From NCBI GenBank assembly GCA_965637545.1, contig OZ281495.1:26226001-26290000 (forward strand): a stretch of DNA of 64,000 nucleotides, read 5' to 3'. The stretch comes from Phallusia mammillata. Lineage: Eukaryota. A program made the position numbers and the translations under genes. Position 1 is the stretch's first letter. Each line of letters opens with the position of its first letter. Positions 11,667 through 25,608 of this stretch are shown here, piece by piece. The notes beneath the pieces are model-generated. The model worked only from the letters and a program-made list of their open reading frames with translations, was not told the DNA's origin and did no database searches.

Positions 11667-14600
11667 ATGAATTCACCGAAAGCTAGTGGCTTGGTGCTGA
11701 TTCTATTATTTGACATCATCACGGTTTTATTGGGACAGTCAGGTAACGCAATGATATTACCAAATGATGACTTAACTGTATTGTTCTATATTTGCATTGT
11801 TTATAATCGGGTGTAAATTAAAGGAAAACGGTTTAACGTTCCAGTAAAATAATTGCAATTATACTGCTGGTTTGAAGTACCGCTAAGAGTTTCATCGCGA
11901 AGGTATATCACATATTTTGGCCTTTTTGTATAATTTTTATTGATTAATATAATTTCTTGGACGGATGCATTGCGCCTAACATGACCCACACACAAAAATG
12001 TACAACGAATTTTAACTAGAAGTATTGCTTAAGTGACGTGCAAGACACAGTTTTCTGACTTGAAGCACTCAATCACGAGCGTGATTTGCCCTGCTAACTG
12101 CTGGGAAGAAAATCCGTCGTTGTGTGGAAATGGGGTCTACACAAGCGGCCCGATATGTCTCGCAGCAATGCACGACCAACAGATTGACAGTGAGTGAAAC
12201 CAAATGCCTGTTGTCGTTTTATAAGAAGCATCATATAAATGAATATTGCTCTAGATTTCGGGGGACTTGTTCAGGTTTTTCGCAATCCGGGCCAAGGAGC
12301 TCATTTGTACGGACAACAAAGAAATGGCGTTCAATCTCAAACCTGCTCTGCGGGCAAATACTCTTACACATTTTCAAGTAAGAATTTGTTAAACAGACAT
12401 AGTGTTTTATTACCTTAAAATTGTGTTAGTGACTTGCAAAACAACTGGCGACAGTGAATTAGCGATTACCCATGTATACTGTCCGGCAAAATGCACCGGT
12501 GCTTCGTACACGTACAAGAGTGGAAAATATTTCACCAACAGCTCTGTCTGCGCTGCTGCAAAAAAGCGAGGAACGATTTCAGGTTCGTGAAATGTTAAAA
12601 CTGTACGAAGATGTTGGTTCGGCAAAAGTTTTTATTTTCAAGCAAAAGCGAATGCCTGCAAGCTTGATTGCTCTTGGCTGATCTGTTTGTCGCTTCTACG
12701 ACTTGATACTAAAACTGTGTGGATTTGTATTTCACTTGCGAAAAACATTTTTAGGAATATTAGGTTGTCTCATCACGATTTTTTTAGCACAATAAAAATG
12801 TGGATCTGTAATTAGCTTGAGAAAACGTGTTTCAGTATTATGAAGGTTGTTTCATTTGTTTTTACAGACGCTGGTGGCAAGGTTGTTATCTATGCGATGA
12901 AGGCAAAGGCGTACAACGGCACAAACACGACCAACACCGACTGGTTTTCGTTCGATGGTAAAACATTTTTTAACGTTTTGCACTATGCTGTAGACAACGA
13001 AAATGTTAAAGACTGTAAATATGGTTTTACTGGTGACGCAAATGCTCCAAGCATTAATTAGCATTTTAGTTTACCTCACTAGCACCAACTTATAATGCAA
13101 TATTAACATGAAAAGGACTCCCGGAACCCACTTGACCGTCGACCCTTAGGTTGCACATTTATGTTTTGCTGTTTTAGATTTTGACGTTTGCTCCTACGTG
13201 AACCCGTGTGCAAATAACGGCACATGCGTCGACTTGTTCGCTGATTATGGCTGCTTGTGTCCAGAAAAGTACACTGGAAGGAACTGTGAGACCGGTAAGT
13301 CGATTTCATAAATATAAATCATAAATTTCATAAATTACCTCGTGCGCACTCGGTTCTTGGTTCTTACGCAGTATTTCGCAATAAATTAGACAATAGGAAA
13401 TTTCACTGTGCATACATTTGTTTGTGATCCTGAGATTAGTTTAAAACCAGAAAGACATTTGTATTCGGGCACAAATGTTTTGTTGCACCTATTTAGTAAT
13501 TACAAATTATTCTTTTTGACAGAATTGCATTGTGCCCCGGGAAGCCAAGAATCTCTACTTGCCGAAAAATTAAAGAGTCTCTGTTCACAAGGATGGGCTG
13601 TGAGTTATCATCACTATACTTTAAATTTCCTCTAGCTAACGGTTGTATTTTAGACGATTCAAACTCGCTTTGACGGAAGTGTTAGCTTTTTAAGAGCCTG
13701 GGAACCTTACAAAACTGGGTTTGGAAAACCGCCCGGGGAATTTTGGCTAGGTTCGTTATGGATTTTGTTGTGTTTAAATCAATTGTATTTTTATTTTTTT
13801 GAAATAAATGTTTCCAGTTACGAAAACTGCCACAATCACGAGCCGATAGGTTTCAACACTAAAGAGGATATTACTAAATCGAATGTTTGAGCCATAATAC
13901 TTCACTGTATTACCTGAATATTTTTCTAAATACTCCCCAAACCTGTTTAATTTTGAAAAATTCTTACCGCTACCAACAGTAAAAGTACACAAATACAGTT
14001 TTCACATAAACAAGAAAAAGTTTTTCACAAGATTTTCATCAAGTTTTGAATTAAAAAGAAATCTTATTTCAACTCATGCTTTTGCATACGTAGGTTTGGA
14101 AAAAATTCACGCGATGACCCAATCAAAATCCTGCCGCGTTCGATTCGATTTGATTTGACAAACCCCGGCGAGGAAGGGAAATTTGCCGAATACAGGTGAA
14201 CAAATAAAACTAACTCCATAAAGCTTCTCTTCTTTAGATAATATTTGGAAAGATTGTTAACGCGGATAACTAAGCTAACACCTACAACACCATACTTGCC
14301 AAAAGTTGTTTGTAAATAAAAGTTTAAAACGTATTTGCTACCTATTCAATAGGCGATAAGAAGGTTGAACTATTTGCAGTGTCGAAATTTGTGAAAAACT
14401 TTATCAAAAGTATTAAAAGCGTTTCGAATCAGTTTGACTTTTTTTGCAGTATTTTTCAAATTGGACCGGAAAGCGACAACTACAGACTAAGCGTTTCCGG
14501 CTATATGACGTCATCAACTCTTGTTGATCGGATGTATTCTCACAACGGGATGCAGTTCTCCACTTACGACAGGGACAACGACCTTTGGGCGTAAGAATGC

Positions 14601-14782
14601 TGATGTTTGCATTAAATTTCAGCTGTGTGATTTTTGTTATTTACAGTAACAAATGTGCGGTGGAAGAAGGAGGTGGATGGTGGTACCACACCTGCTCTAA
14701 TGCCAACCTGAATCGGATTCCCCGAGCGCGTTGGGACACATTATATTTTGACGTTGCGGCAATAAGCATAAAATGCGATTGA
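11667..14782 (+). pseudogene. g2: SP-LCCL-LCCL-EGF-FReD paralog with a single frameshift in FReD exon 9
   Basis: Exons 11667-11742, 12034-12189, 12255-12377, 12430-12582, 12868-12957, 13178-13294, 13523-13599, 13654-13750, 14094-14195, 14450-14590, 14647-14782. Exon 9 is 102 nt versus 97 nt in paralogs because of a 5-nt duplication (GATTTGATTTGA), giving TGA at 14156-14158. All other exons are open. Confidence 0.85.
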
Positions 14783-17700
14783 CACGATCAAAATGTTTGA
14801 TAACAGCCTATATTTTTTTGTTAGCTTTTTGTTTAACCTAACATTTCTTTTTTCTCAACGTACCAGTCAAAAACAGTAAAAACCTAAATTAAACAGCGCA
14901 ACATCTGCAGTCTTACATGACTAGCAAAAAAAATAAAAATAAAAAAGGTCTCCTCAAATGCAAATGCCCACCACAATTCTATGTGTAAACGCGTAATATT
15001 TGTGTGTCTGTTGATCCTAAAGCACTAATAGGCAAAAGTCACACGGTCGTGCTTAAAAAAGGACTATATTACGCTGTTGATCCCAAACGAGCGAGAATGT
15101 ATTGTGTTGTTGCAGTTGGAACTTACACACTAATTTCAAATCGAATATATGACGGCAAATTATTTATTAAATCATAATCAAGTCAAGCTGCAGACAGTGC
15201 ACACTTTTGCAGCTTATCATTTTTTTGGTCAATGGTTTTACATAATCAATTTATAAAAATCAAAATATTTCAATTATCATTTAACAAAGTTCCTGACTCT
15301 TCATGAGAAAGTTCTGTTGATGCCTTTTTACACAATACGAACTTGTAAATATGTTTAAAATGTTCTTGAGCTCAAAACAAAATGCACATTACTGCATCTG
15401 TAATTACCAAGCGGATCCTGCGCTGCATCTTTGCTGTGTGATCCCGATTTGAAAAACAAGTCCACATTTTAAACGCAAATGTAGAATACAAAAAATCAGA
15501 GCCTTTCCGGTTTGTTTGTTAACAAACGTATGAATCCAACCTGAAAAGCCCGTCTCGATTTACAACTCTGGTGTAAACTATCATTTTGAGAAAAAAATAT
15601 GTAGCTTTTGTTGATTGTTTGTCCTAAAATGCCAGTTTGGAAATTTCGGCTGTGTTTCTGCCTATATATACACTGGTTGGATTAAAGTCTTTCATGAAAT
15701 GAACATAAAACATTTTTTATTGTGTCATTTTATCGTTGTGCATGGGGATGTGCTTACCGTTCACAAATGTTGCTTTTTTTGTTTTAAAACACGGTGATTG
15801 TAATTTATCTGTTTACAAGCTGTTAAAGTTGGGTTTTAGCACAGCCTGACAATCAACATAATTACCGCAAGAAAAATATAGGGATTCAATCAGCTCGACG
15901 AATGATATTTTACGGTAATATATTCGCAACCGAAAAACTCCATTGATAGAAACGTATATTTGATTTGCTTAAAGTACATCCCAGTTCATCATTTATGAAT
16001 ACGCTCTGGGGAATCTAACCCAACAAAAAAATCCATGCATGTAGTGTGCAGTGTGCCTTGTTTTCATTATGAACGTGCTTACAGTTCCGAAACGCCCTTT
16101 AAACACAGGGATTTAACCGATTCGTGAAACTATAGTCTCACTTATACAAGAACATTTGTAATGTTTGTTGAGTAAAATCGTGCTTGGTTAAGACGGAAGT
16201 TTAACTGAACTGAGAACTGATAAAATGACAAAATGCAGTTTTATAATCATCATGTGCATGAGCGTCCGCAGGAAAAAACACAGTGGAGGGCAATACTATC
16301 GTCACATCGACGTTCAGGAAACGGTTTTTGAGAACCAAAATCATCTGACTCCCTTACTCATTCTTGCAATCCTAAAATGACATACTATGCGGACGCCCAT
16401 GATTATGTGACAATTACATAAAGTCGCTATGATGTAAGTTTGCATTTTTTATGATGTACGTTTGTACTATTTAGGCTTATACGCAACGCAAATTGTAACT
16501 TAGAGAATTATCTTTTGCCACTTTGTCTGGGCCTCTTTTTGTATATTTGTGATCATTAAACGTTCAAATTATCTCATTTTAGCCTACTATGTATGCATTT
16601 ATTTGCCGAAATGATGTTTAATTTGGTCGTAAGGTGTCGCTCCTGGGTTATTACATCACTTGATCGTATATCAGCGTACAGCGTGTTAAGCATGGCATTC
16701 ACTGCAGGTGATCTTTTGAAGGGTTGGATAGTTTGTTTGTTGTGGCATTTGTTGTAAAGTGTCAGAAGCAAAAAAAGAAACATAAAGTATTTTACCGCCT
16801 TAAACCATGCAATGGAGAGGACTTACAAAACTGGTTCAAGTTTTTTGGTGGATTCGTTGTTTGTTTGAAAGCTTTTCAATGTAGCTCCACATTTTGGAAT
16901 AACAAAGTTTTTAACATTTAAACTTATTTACATCCTTGCGAAATAGAAAAGATAGAGGCTTGTTTGAGAAATTAAAGAGAGGTTTAATACTGTCATTACT
17001 GTCTGTGAAACAGTGTAGGTTTTGGTGACTGTTGTGCCTCACTCATAATAAGTTAATTTAATATTTGCATGCATATAATACATAATATGTTCCATCAGCT
17101 TTTCCAATGTTTACTGGGAAAAGAAGTTTAAGCTAAAAGCAGACATACCTATACATATAAATGAAACAAACATTTTTTATCATTTACAAAAGTGCATATA
17201 CTGTCCGTTTCTTGTAAAAGGTTTTAAATGAAGATGATAGCCTATAACCCTTAATATAGCTTTTAAAATGTGCATTGTGGATGAAGCAATTTCAACCACG
17301 AGGCAATCAACCAACGGCACCTGGAGTTTGCAGATTCTGCGCGTGGCAACAAAACGTCAGAGCGTTCCCTGCCCGGGGAAAGCGTGTTTAAAGTGTTGTG
17401 GGAGGAAGCACTTCGCTCGATTTTGCAAGGCGACTAATCAACGTGCTGAAACCATTGTCCAATATGTAAGTATTACTCGCTCAACTAAAAGATTGTGTGG
17501 TTGCTATTTTTTGCTTTCTAACATTGTGCACTTAAGTAAAAATGATACTAAAACCCCATTTATGTCACAAAAAAGCTTCTAAAATTTTCAGACACGCCCA
17601 AACAAGGACTCTTGACCCATACTTGTGCACCGTGCAATCGAAGTTGTTCTATGGAGTGCAACCTGAAGCATTGACAAGATAATATCAAGGTTCGCCGCCC

Positions 17701-18789
17701 AGTACAATAGTGTTAATTTTGGATTCTCTACTAGATTTTCACTGGTCTGTGACTCATTTTCTGACTTTTGGAAAGTAAAATTAGATGAAAAGAGATCTGT
17801 CCTTTCTACCCCGTAGTTTTTGTTCTTAGCACGACGTTTTAACAAACTACAGCGCCCATGATATTCAACTTATAGACCGGGTGGTGGCGTCCGTTGGCGG
17901 ATTTGTGGTGTGGGGTTGCACGAAATCAGGAGACAGCTAAAACATGCTTTGTGCATTATCTGACACAGCCATCTCCAATCCCGCAAAAACTAGTTGTAAT
18001 CAAGCAAGAAAAGATTACGTTTGATGACAAAATAATACAGGTTTTAAATGTTCAACCTGAATTAAGGTGTGAGCAATTGAGTCCTGTAAATATGAAGGAT
18101 GTTATATTTCCGCTTTAAAGACAAACAATATTTTGTGATTATTATCTGGGACAACTGGGAGTGGGTACAAAAAAAGAAACACAAAACAACAAGTTACAAC
18201 TTGTAAATTACTACAGATTTTCGACAAAAACTATTAAACTTTTAGAACTCCGTGGATTGCCTTCAAAAACCACACTTGTTCAAATGACCTAGGAAAAAAG
18301 GAACAACCTCTTTTAGTGGCCTATATCATCATGCGCATGTTACAAGATGTTTGCATAACAGATGTTGCATGTTATATGCAGCATGTGTGAATGGATTGGG
18401 TAATTGCATTGAATTGTCGCTGCTAACCACACCCAACTATAAAGTTTTCGATTGATGAAAGGTGGTATTTGTTATAAACGTAAAACATGAAGGTTAGGGT
18501 TACGTCTGTTGGAGGTGCTGTCTTTTAAGACAAAATCCCTCTATCATTTCAAACAAATTTTAGAATATTACTTTCAATCAATCTGTAACCAAGAGAATCG
18601 ATAACACAAGGTTATTTTTAGACGTTGCCTTGTTATTTAGTAGAAGTTGTAGGTTTTCATTCGCAAGGATTACAGTTTTCCGTTTTTTTGTATTATTTAA
18701 CGCAACGCGGCAGCTTGGTAAAAACGTGTTGTTTGTTACGAAGGTAAACACGGTCTACTTTCTCCTCCCAAACAAGGTATCTTCTGATC

Positions 18790-21700
18790 ATGCATCGTTC
18801 ATCCTGCTTGAATGTGTACGCGGCGATTGTGTTTATCTGGACGGTTTGTTTCGATGGCATCTCCACCGAATACAATCCTGCAAATCAGACAAATAAACTT
18901 TAGATTTTATCTTAAAGTATGTGAATATATATAACCGCAAAAAATCTCATTTTGCACTCGATGTTGTCTAAATTTCAAAAATGCTGGATGATAATTGGTT
19001 TTCTATCACCTGTACGTTTGAGCCAGCGACGAAGCTAATCATAAAACAGTATTTAAACGAACCAAATAACACACAACCGGTTACAAACTAACGTATCACG
19101 TTTTGGCCACAATCTGCAACAGCAAAAAAAATTAAATTGTAACGTCGGGAATTTGCGCGCCTGGTACCGCGCTGGCGTCACACTAGAGAAGTCCAATTTC
19201 TGGAAACGCGTGAATTTATTTTACACGTCGACACGGTTCAATACGACACGGTAATCGCGTCACGTTCACGGTAGACACGACACGCCACGGTTTTCTGCAA
19301 AGAGAACATTCACTCAAAAATGGGAAACAGAAATTAATTTTAAGCCGGCAGAAATAAAGCTTACCAGAGTTTTGGACCAGGGTATCAAAGATAAACACAG
19401 TTTGATATCGTCAGAAAGCGTTCTACACAGATGAAAATCGATAATTCAAATGTACGGCAAATCGGGCAACTGAAATACAAATCAAGCTTACCTTGCAAAG
19501 GCAACATTATTCCTTTTCGTCAGAGTTTTTAAGTTTATAAAGCATTACCATCTATTAATGACAAACAAATTATAATTAGTCACTTTCATTACTTTATCTA
19601 ACGGCTGCAAATTCAAGTCAGCAACTAACGAACTACACGTGGTTCAAACAAAACTCAAATACTAAATGGCCAAAGCACAGCATAGAGAAATAAACTACAA
19701 TGGTATTGTTACGTCATAGGGGATTCTGGCATTGTGGTGCAATCACACCATATAAGATGTGACGAAGTTACGGTTGAGTGATTTACGATGTTACATAAAT
19801 AATCACCTGTAAAATTGCTTGAAAAACTAAACTTGGCAGATATACGTACTTTCTGACTTTTTTGTATGTTTTGTACAATTACGTGCAAGACTCGGTTTGC
19901 CGACTTGAAGCACTCGATCACGAGCGTGATTTGCCCGGCTAACTGCTGGGAAAAAAATCCGTCGTTGTGTGGAAATGGGGTCTACATCTACACAAGCGGC
20001 CCGATATGTCTTGCAGCAATGCACGACCAACAGATTGATAGTGCGTAAAACTATATGCCTGTTGTCGTATTTTAAGAAGCACCATGTAAAAGAACATTAC
20101 TTTAGATTCCGGTGGAATTGTTCAGGTTTTTTGCAATTCGGGCCAAGGAGCTCATTTGTACGGAAAACAAAGAAATGGCGTTCAAACCCAAACCTGCTCT
20201 GCGGGCAAATACTTTTACACATTTTCAAGTAAGAATATGTTAAACTGACATAGTGTTTTTTTACCTTAAAATTGTGTTAGTGACATGCAAAACAACTGGC
20301 GACTGCGATTTACCGATCACCCATGTCTACTGTCCGGCAAAATGCACCGGTGCTTCCTACACGTACACGAGTGGAAAATATTTTACTAACAGCTCTGTCT
20401 GCGCTGCTGCGAAAAAGCGAGGAACGATTTCAGGTTCGTGCAATATTAAAACTGTACGAAGATGTAGGTGTGGCAAATTTTTTTGACAAACAAGGCTAAT
20501 GTGTACAAGCTTGATTGCTCTCGGCTGGTCTGTTCAGAATTGTAAACGGGCCTAAAATTGGAGCCCGAACCCGGACCGAACTTGTAAGTACAAGCCCGAA
20601 ACCCGGCCTGAACCCGAATCGTTTTTGAGAAGCCCATTTAGATGCGAAAGTTCGATTGACAGGCCTATACAAGCCTCAGAAAAGAAAAAGACAACAAACA
20701 CAATAGACAATGAGCTGCAGACAATAAGCTGCAGACAGTGCACACTGTTTCGACCTATAGTCACCAGCTGCATTGATGATACCTTATAGGTCGAAACCGT
20801 GTGCACTGTCTGCAGCTTAATGTCTATTGGCTCTATGCTTTTTCATTGATACTGTGACTCTGAGCCCACTTTACTTTGGTTCCCAAGCAATTGCTTGGCC
20901 ATTGTGAGCCAATTTCATCTGTGCTGTATACCCAGTTGTGGCACCGCACAGACTAGGTGAAGCATGGGTTTTTACCCTGTTACTACCAACAAACTGGTGT
21001 GCAGTTGAATGGCTACACTAGCCAATGCGGCCGATCTCTCGTCACCAGCTGCACTGATAAGACCGTATATGTTGAAACAGTGTGCAAAGTCTGCAGCTTA
21101 TCATTTATTGGCTTTATGCTTTTACTATAGACAATCGTTCTTAAAACAAGGCACTTTTGGCCTGTTCGGTCAGATCCAGCAACTGGCTACTTAGCCCGTT
21201 AAATTTATGGCTAAAAATTGTGAAAGTCAGGCCCGATCAAGCCCATGTCGTTGAAGAAACTTTAGCCCAAACCCGGCCCGAACCCGGTCCGAGCCCGACC
21301 CTAAAAGCCCAGGGTTGTCATCTACGCGATGAAGGCAAAGGCGTACAACGGCACAAATACGACCAACACCAACTGGTTTTCTTTCGATGGTAAAACATTT
21401 TTATACGTTTTGCCATATGCTGCAGAAGAACAACAATGTAAAAGACAGTAAATATGGTTTTTCTAGTGAGGCATATGCGCCCAAGTATCAAATAGCATTT
21501 TAGCCTATATTACCAAGGCTACACAAACGGTTGACAAATGGTTTGAATCAGGGATAACCTCATTACTTAAAGACCAATTAACCTTAATACAATAACCTCA
21601 TAAGCCGAGCTTTTTGTGTAACTAAAGTTTTGTTGTTTATCAATCACACTTAAATGCTCAGACACAGTTTACAGTAAAATTGGAGTGGTTTTGTTATATT

Positions 21701-23463
21701 GCGGTGAAAAAAAACTTTCAATCTTTTTTGAACAATATTCTCTCACAAACAAAATACAAAACAAAAATGATATAATTCCTCACTAGCACCATCTTATGAT
21801 GTAAATGTACGTCTCTTTGCTGGCCACAGATTCCCTTAAATAGGATCCCCGGACCTCATTTGACCGGTGACCCTTATGTTGCACATCCCTGTTTTACTGT
21901 TTTAGATTTCGATGTTTGCTCCTACGTGAACCCATGTGCAAATAAGTGCACTTGCGTCGACTTGCTCGCTGATTATGGCTGCTTGTGTCCGGAAAACTGG
22001 AAGGAACTGTGAGACCGGTAAGTCGATTTAAGACATTACAACGTGCGCAATTGGTTATTGGTTTCTACACATTACTTACGCAATGAATTGGACAAATGGA
22101 AAATTTACTGTGCAATACATTAGTCTGTAGTCCAGGGATTTGTTTAGACTAGAAATACTTTTGTATTTGGCCACAGAAGTTTTGTTGCACCTTTTTAGCA
22201 ATTAAGAATATTCATTTTGCAGAATTGCCTTGTTCCCCGGAAAGTAAAGAATTTTCACTTGCTGAAAACATAGAGTGTCTCAGTTCACAAGGATGGACTG
22301 TGAGTTATTATTAGTCAACTTTACTTTTCCTTAAAGTAACGGTTGTATTTTAGACGGTTCAGACTCGCTTTGACGAGAGTGTTAGCTTTAATAGACCCTG
22401 GGAAGATTAAAAAACTGGATTTGGAAATCTGTCTGGGGAATTTTGGCGAGGTTGGTTTTTGATTCTTGTGTGTAACCGCGGTAGTAGCTTTTTTGTTGTT
22501 GAAAAAACATTTTTCCCTAAGAAATTTGACATAAAACACAAACTGATAGGTTTCAATACGCGAGGGGGTGTAGTTTACTAAAACAAACGTTTCGCCATAA
22601 TTGTTCACTGTGATACCTGAATATATTTCTAAACACTCCCTAACCCTGTTAAATTTTGAAAAATTATTACTGCTACCAACAGTAAAAAGTACACATATAC
22701 AGTATTTACGTAAACAAGATTTAAGTTTTTGATTAAAAAAAATTTCGTTTAAACACATGCTTGTGCATTCGTAGGTTTGAAAAAAATCCACGCGATGACC
22801 CAATCAAAATCCTGCCGAGTTCGATTCTATTTGACAAACCGCTGCAAGGAAGAGAAATTTGCCGACTACAGGTAAACAAATATAACTAACCCCATAAAGC
22901 TTCTCTTCTTTAGGTAATCTTTGTAAATATTAAAACAAAGGGAGGTTTAATCATGGATAAAATATTTGCAATATCACAACTCGCGAAAAATTATGACTAA
23001 AAGTTTAAAACGTATTTGCCAATTATTCAATACTCAAAAAGAAAGTTTAACTATTTGCAGTGTCGAAATTTGTGAAACAAATTATTAAAAGTATTTAAAG
23101 CCTTTGGAATCAGAAGTTTTACTGTTTTTAAAGTTTTTTCGAAATTGGCTCGGAAAGCGAAAACTACAGACTGAGCATTTCCGGCTATATGACGTCATCA
23201 ACTCTTGATGATCGGATGGCTTATCACAATGGGATGCAGTTCTCCACGTACGACAGCGACAACGACCGTGTTACGTAAGAATGCTGATGTTTACAGTAAA
23301 TTTCAGCTGGGTAATTTTTGTTATTTACAGTTCCAATTGTGCGGAGGTTTATGGAGGTGGATGGTGGCACAAAAGCTGTTTTAGTGCCAACCTGAATCGG
23401 GATCCCAAGCCTGATTGGGGACCATACTTTGACGTGTCCACAATGAGTATAAAGTGCGATTGA
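18790..23463 (+). pseudogene. g3: multiply disabled SP-LCCL-LCCL-EGF-FReD pseudogene
   Basis: Exon-1 donor GT>AT at 18884. Exon-2 acceptor AG>AA at 19877-19878. The 5' end of the LCCL2b exon is replaced by an insertion (junction ~21312). There is a 5-nt deletion in the EGF exon (21906-22017) and a TAC>TAA nonsense in the FReD1 exon (~22408). The remaining exons (20106-20228, 20281-20433, 22223-22299, 22775-22871, 23134-23274, 23331-23463) are recognisable. Confidence 0.9.
20536..21312 (+). mobile_element. Composite insertion: CCCGAACCCG-type element ends enclosing a foldback repeat, truncating the g3 LCCL2b exon
   Basis: Starts CAGAATTGTAAACGGGCC. CCCGAACCCG motifs occur at both sides. The internal palindromic segment (~20695-21125) is homologous to 5130-5630 in reverse orientation. 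Confidence 0.6.
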
Positions 23464-25608
23464 CACGGTTTTAACGTTTGACAACAACCTGATTTTGTTA
23501 CTTTTGTTAGCTTTTAATTTAACGCAATATTTCTTTCTTCTCAAAATTCCTGCGCTAACGGCTTATAGCTAAAACCAATTGTTACAACGGTGACTTCGCT
23601 GCTGGCCAAAAATATTATATATTGTAATTAATAAAACCTTTGAAAGGTAACGTTCGATCACGTTACGTTACAGCAATTATCACGTTGCGTTATTGCAAAA
23701 CAAAAAAGCAGCACAACAGCACTAAAACTATCGCGCACACTTCACCGGGGCCAGGAGAGAACTGCCTCACCAAACACGAGGAAAAACGACGTCAAATGCT
23801 TCCCGGAATGTGACCAATCACAACGCGCCACGGGAAATAACTGAAGCGGGGATGCGTTCGAATTTTACCGGTGTTATAAAGTACAAAAAATATATTAAAG
23901 TGAAAAAGGGTGAAAATGGAACACAGGAAAACAAAAGCGGAAAAACAAAGAAGTGAAAGAAATAACGTGAAAATAAATATGGCTAAACAAAAAAACGAAC
24001 ATTATGAAACAAAACAACTAATAAGCGTATATCAAACTGAACGTACACAGTGAAACACACATATATTGATAGATAAATATAAATAAAGTTACTGTGAAAA
24101 TCAAGTGCAATAATTAAATAAGCGTATGCCAAACTAAGTGAACACAGTGAACAAACAAACTAAGTGAACACCGATTTACATTACACTTACACACTAAATT
24201 TAAATCGAATTTGACGGCAAATTATTTATCAAATCATAATCAATTTATGTATATCAGAATATTCCAATTATCAGTTAATAAAGTTCCAGCCTGACTCTTT
24301 ATAAGAAGGGTTTCTTGCGCTGTTGATGCCTTTTCACACAATAAGAACTTGTCCATATGTTTAAATGTGCTTGAAGTACGAGCTTATGACAAATTCACTT
24401 TGCTGCATTTTTAATTACCTTGTTGATCCTGTGCTTTATCGCTGCAGTGTGAGCCAGATTTTCGAAACTGGCACACATTATGATACTCCACTTGCAATTC
24501 CAGTGAAAATACCTTTTGTGAGAAAAAACAAGTGTAGAATATATTATTGCTAATTTTAGCAAACCAAAAGCGATACCTACACCGTTAGACCAATGCAGTA
24601 ACATTTGTCGACAAAAATCTTATCAAAATTCACTTACGTGTCTTTTTTGAGTCCTGAAACTTTCGTTTGTTTCCGTATATATTATCTTATGGATTAAAGT
24701 ATTTGTACGAACAGAAACTGTTTTATTGTGTCATTTTATCGTTGTGTGGGAATATACTTATCGTACACTCATGTTGGTGTTTTGCTTTCATGGTGATTTG
24801 GTGATTGTAAATTATTTGTTTCCAAGCTGTTAAAATTGGGTTTTAGCACACCCGACAAATGAAATAATTAACTCAAAGAAAATAAAGGGATGGAATCAGC
24901 TTAACAAATGATAGTTTCGCGGTGATATATACGCACACGCAAAACTCAAGTGATAGAAACGTACATTATGTTTACTCAATTCGAAATACATTCCAGTTCA
25001 TCATTTATAAATATATTCAGTGTGAGAAAATCGGACCCAAAAAAACAACAACCATGCATGCGGTGTGTAGTGTGACTTGTTTTTATATGAACGTACACAT
25101 ACCGTTCTGCAACGCTTCTTCAACCCACAAAGTGTAATGAGACCGATTCGTGGAACTAAAGCCTCACTTATACACGAATAGTGATTGTTGAATAAAGTCG
25201 TGCTTGGTTATGGCGGAAGTTCAACTTGTGTTGGATTAGAATAGCAAAATTCGGGCCCAATTCGAATGTATTATGGTATACCACTGGACAAACCAATCAA
25301 ATATGGCGCTTAATTCCATAAGTAAAACCAAGTGATTTCTGTCTATCACATCAGCTGGAAATTTGTTATAATGGATAAAGGGTAAAAATATTTTTTAAAC
25401 CTTTTCCTAGGCGTGTTATTATACTTTATTGGTAATTAACAATTGAAACTATCTCATTTTAGCCTACTATGTATGCAATTATGTGCGGAGTTTTTGTTTA
25501 ATGTGATCGTAAGGTGTCGCTCCTGGGGTGTGGCAACACTTGATCGAGTAGTAGTCTACAGCGTGTTGATTCTATGTTGGCGCTCGTAGCGAGCGGACGC
25601 AAGCAGCA

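Noticed and set aside
18884-19878. g3 intron 1 as a U12 AT-AC intron
   Set aside because: The donor ATCAGAC lacks the ATATCCTT consensus, use of the nearby AC would shift the frame, and the gene has other disabling lesions.
21311-21390. Rescue of the g3 LCCL2b exon by a new acceptor (CCCAG) supplied by the insertion
   Set aside because: The phase does not match; splicing there gives an immediate stop.
22321-22803. 160-aa minus-strand ORF
   Set aside because: It is antisense to g3 exons and introns and is not preserved in paralogous copies.
23580-23878. Possible solo LTR downstream of g3
   Set aside because: It begins TGTTACA but the other end is imperfect, with no TSD and no second copy in the window. 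Support is insufficient.
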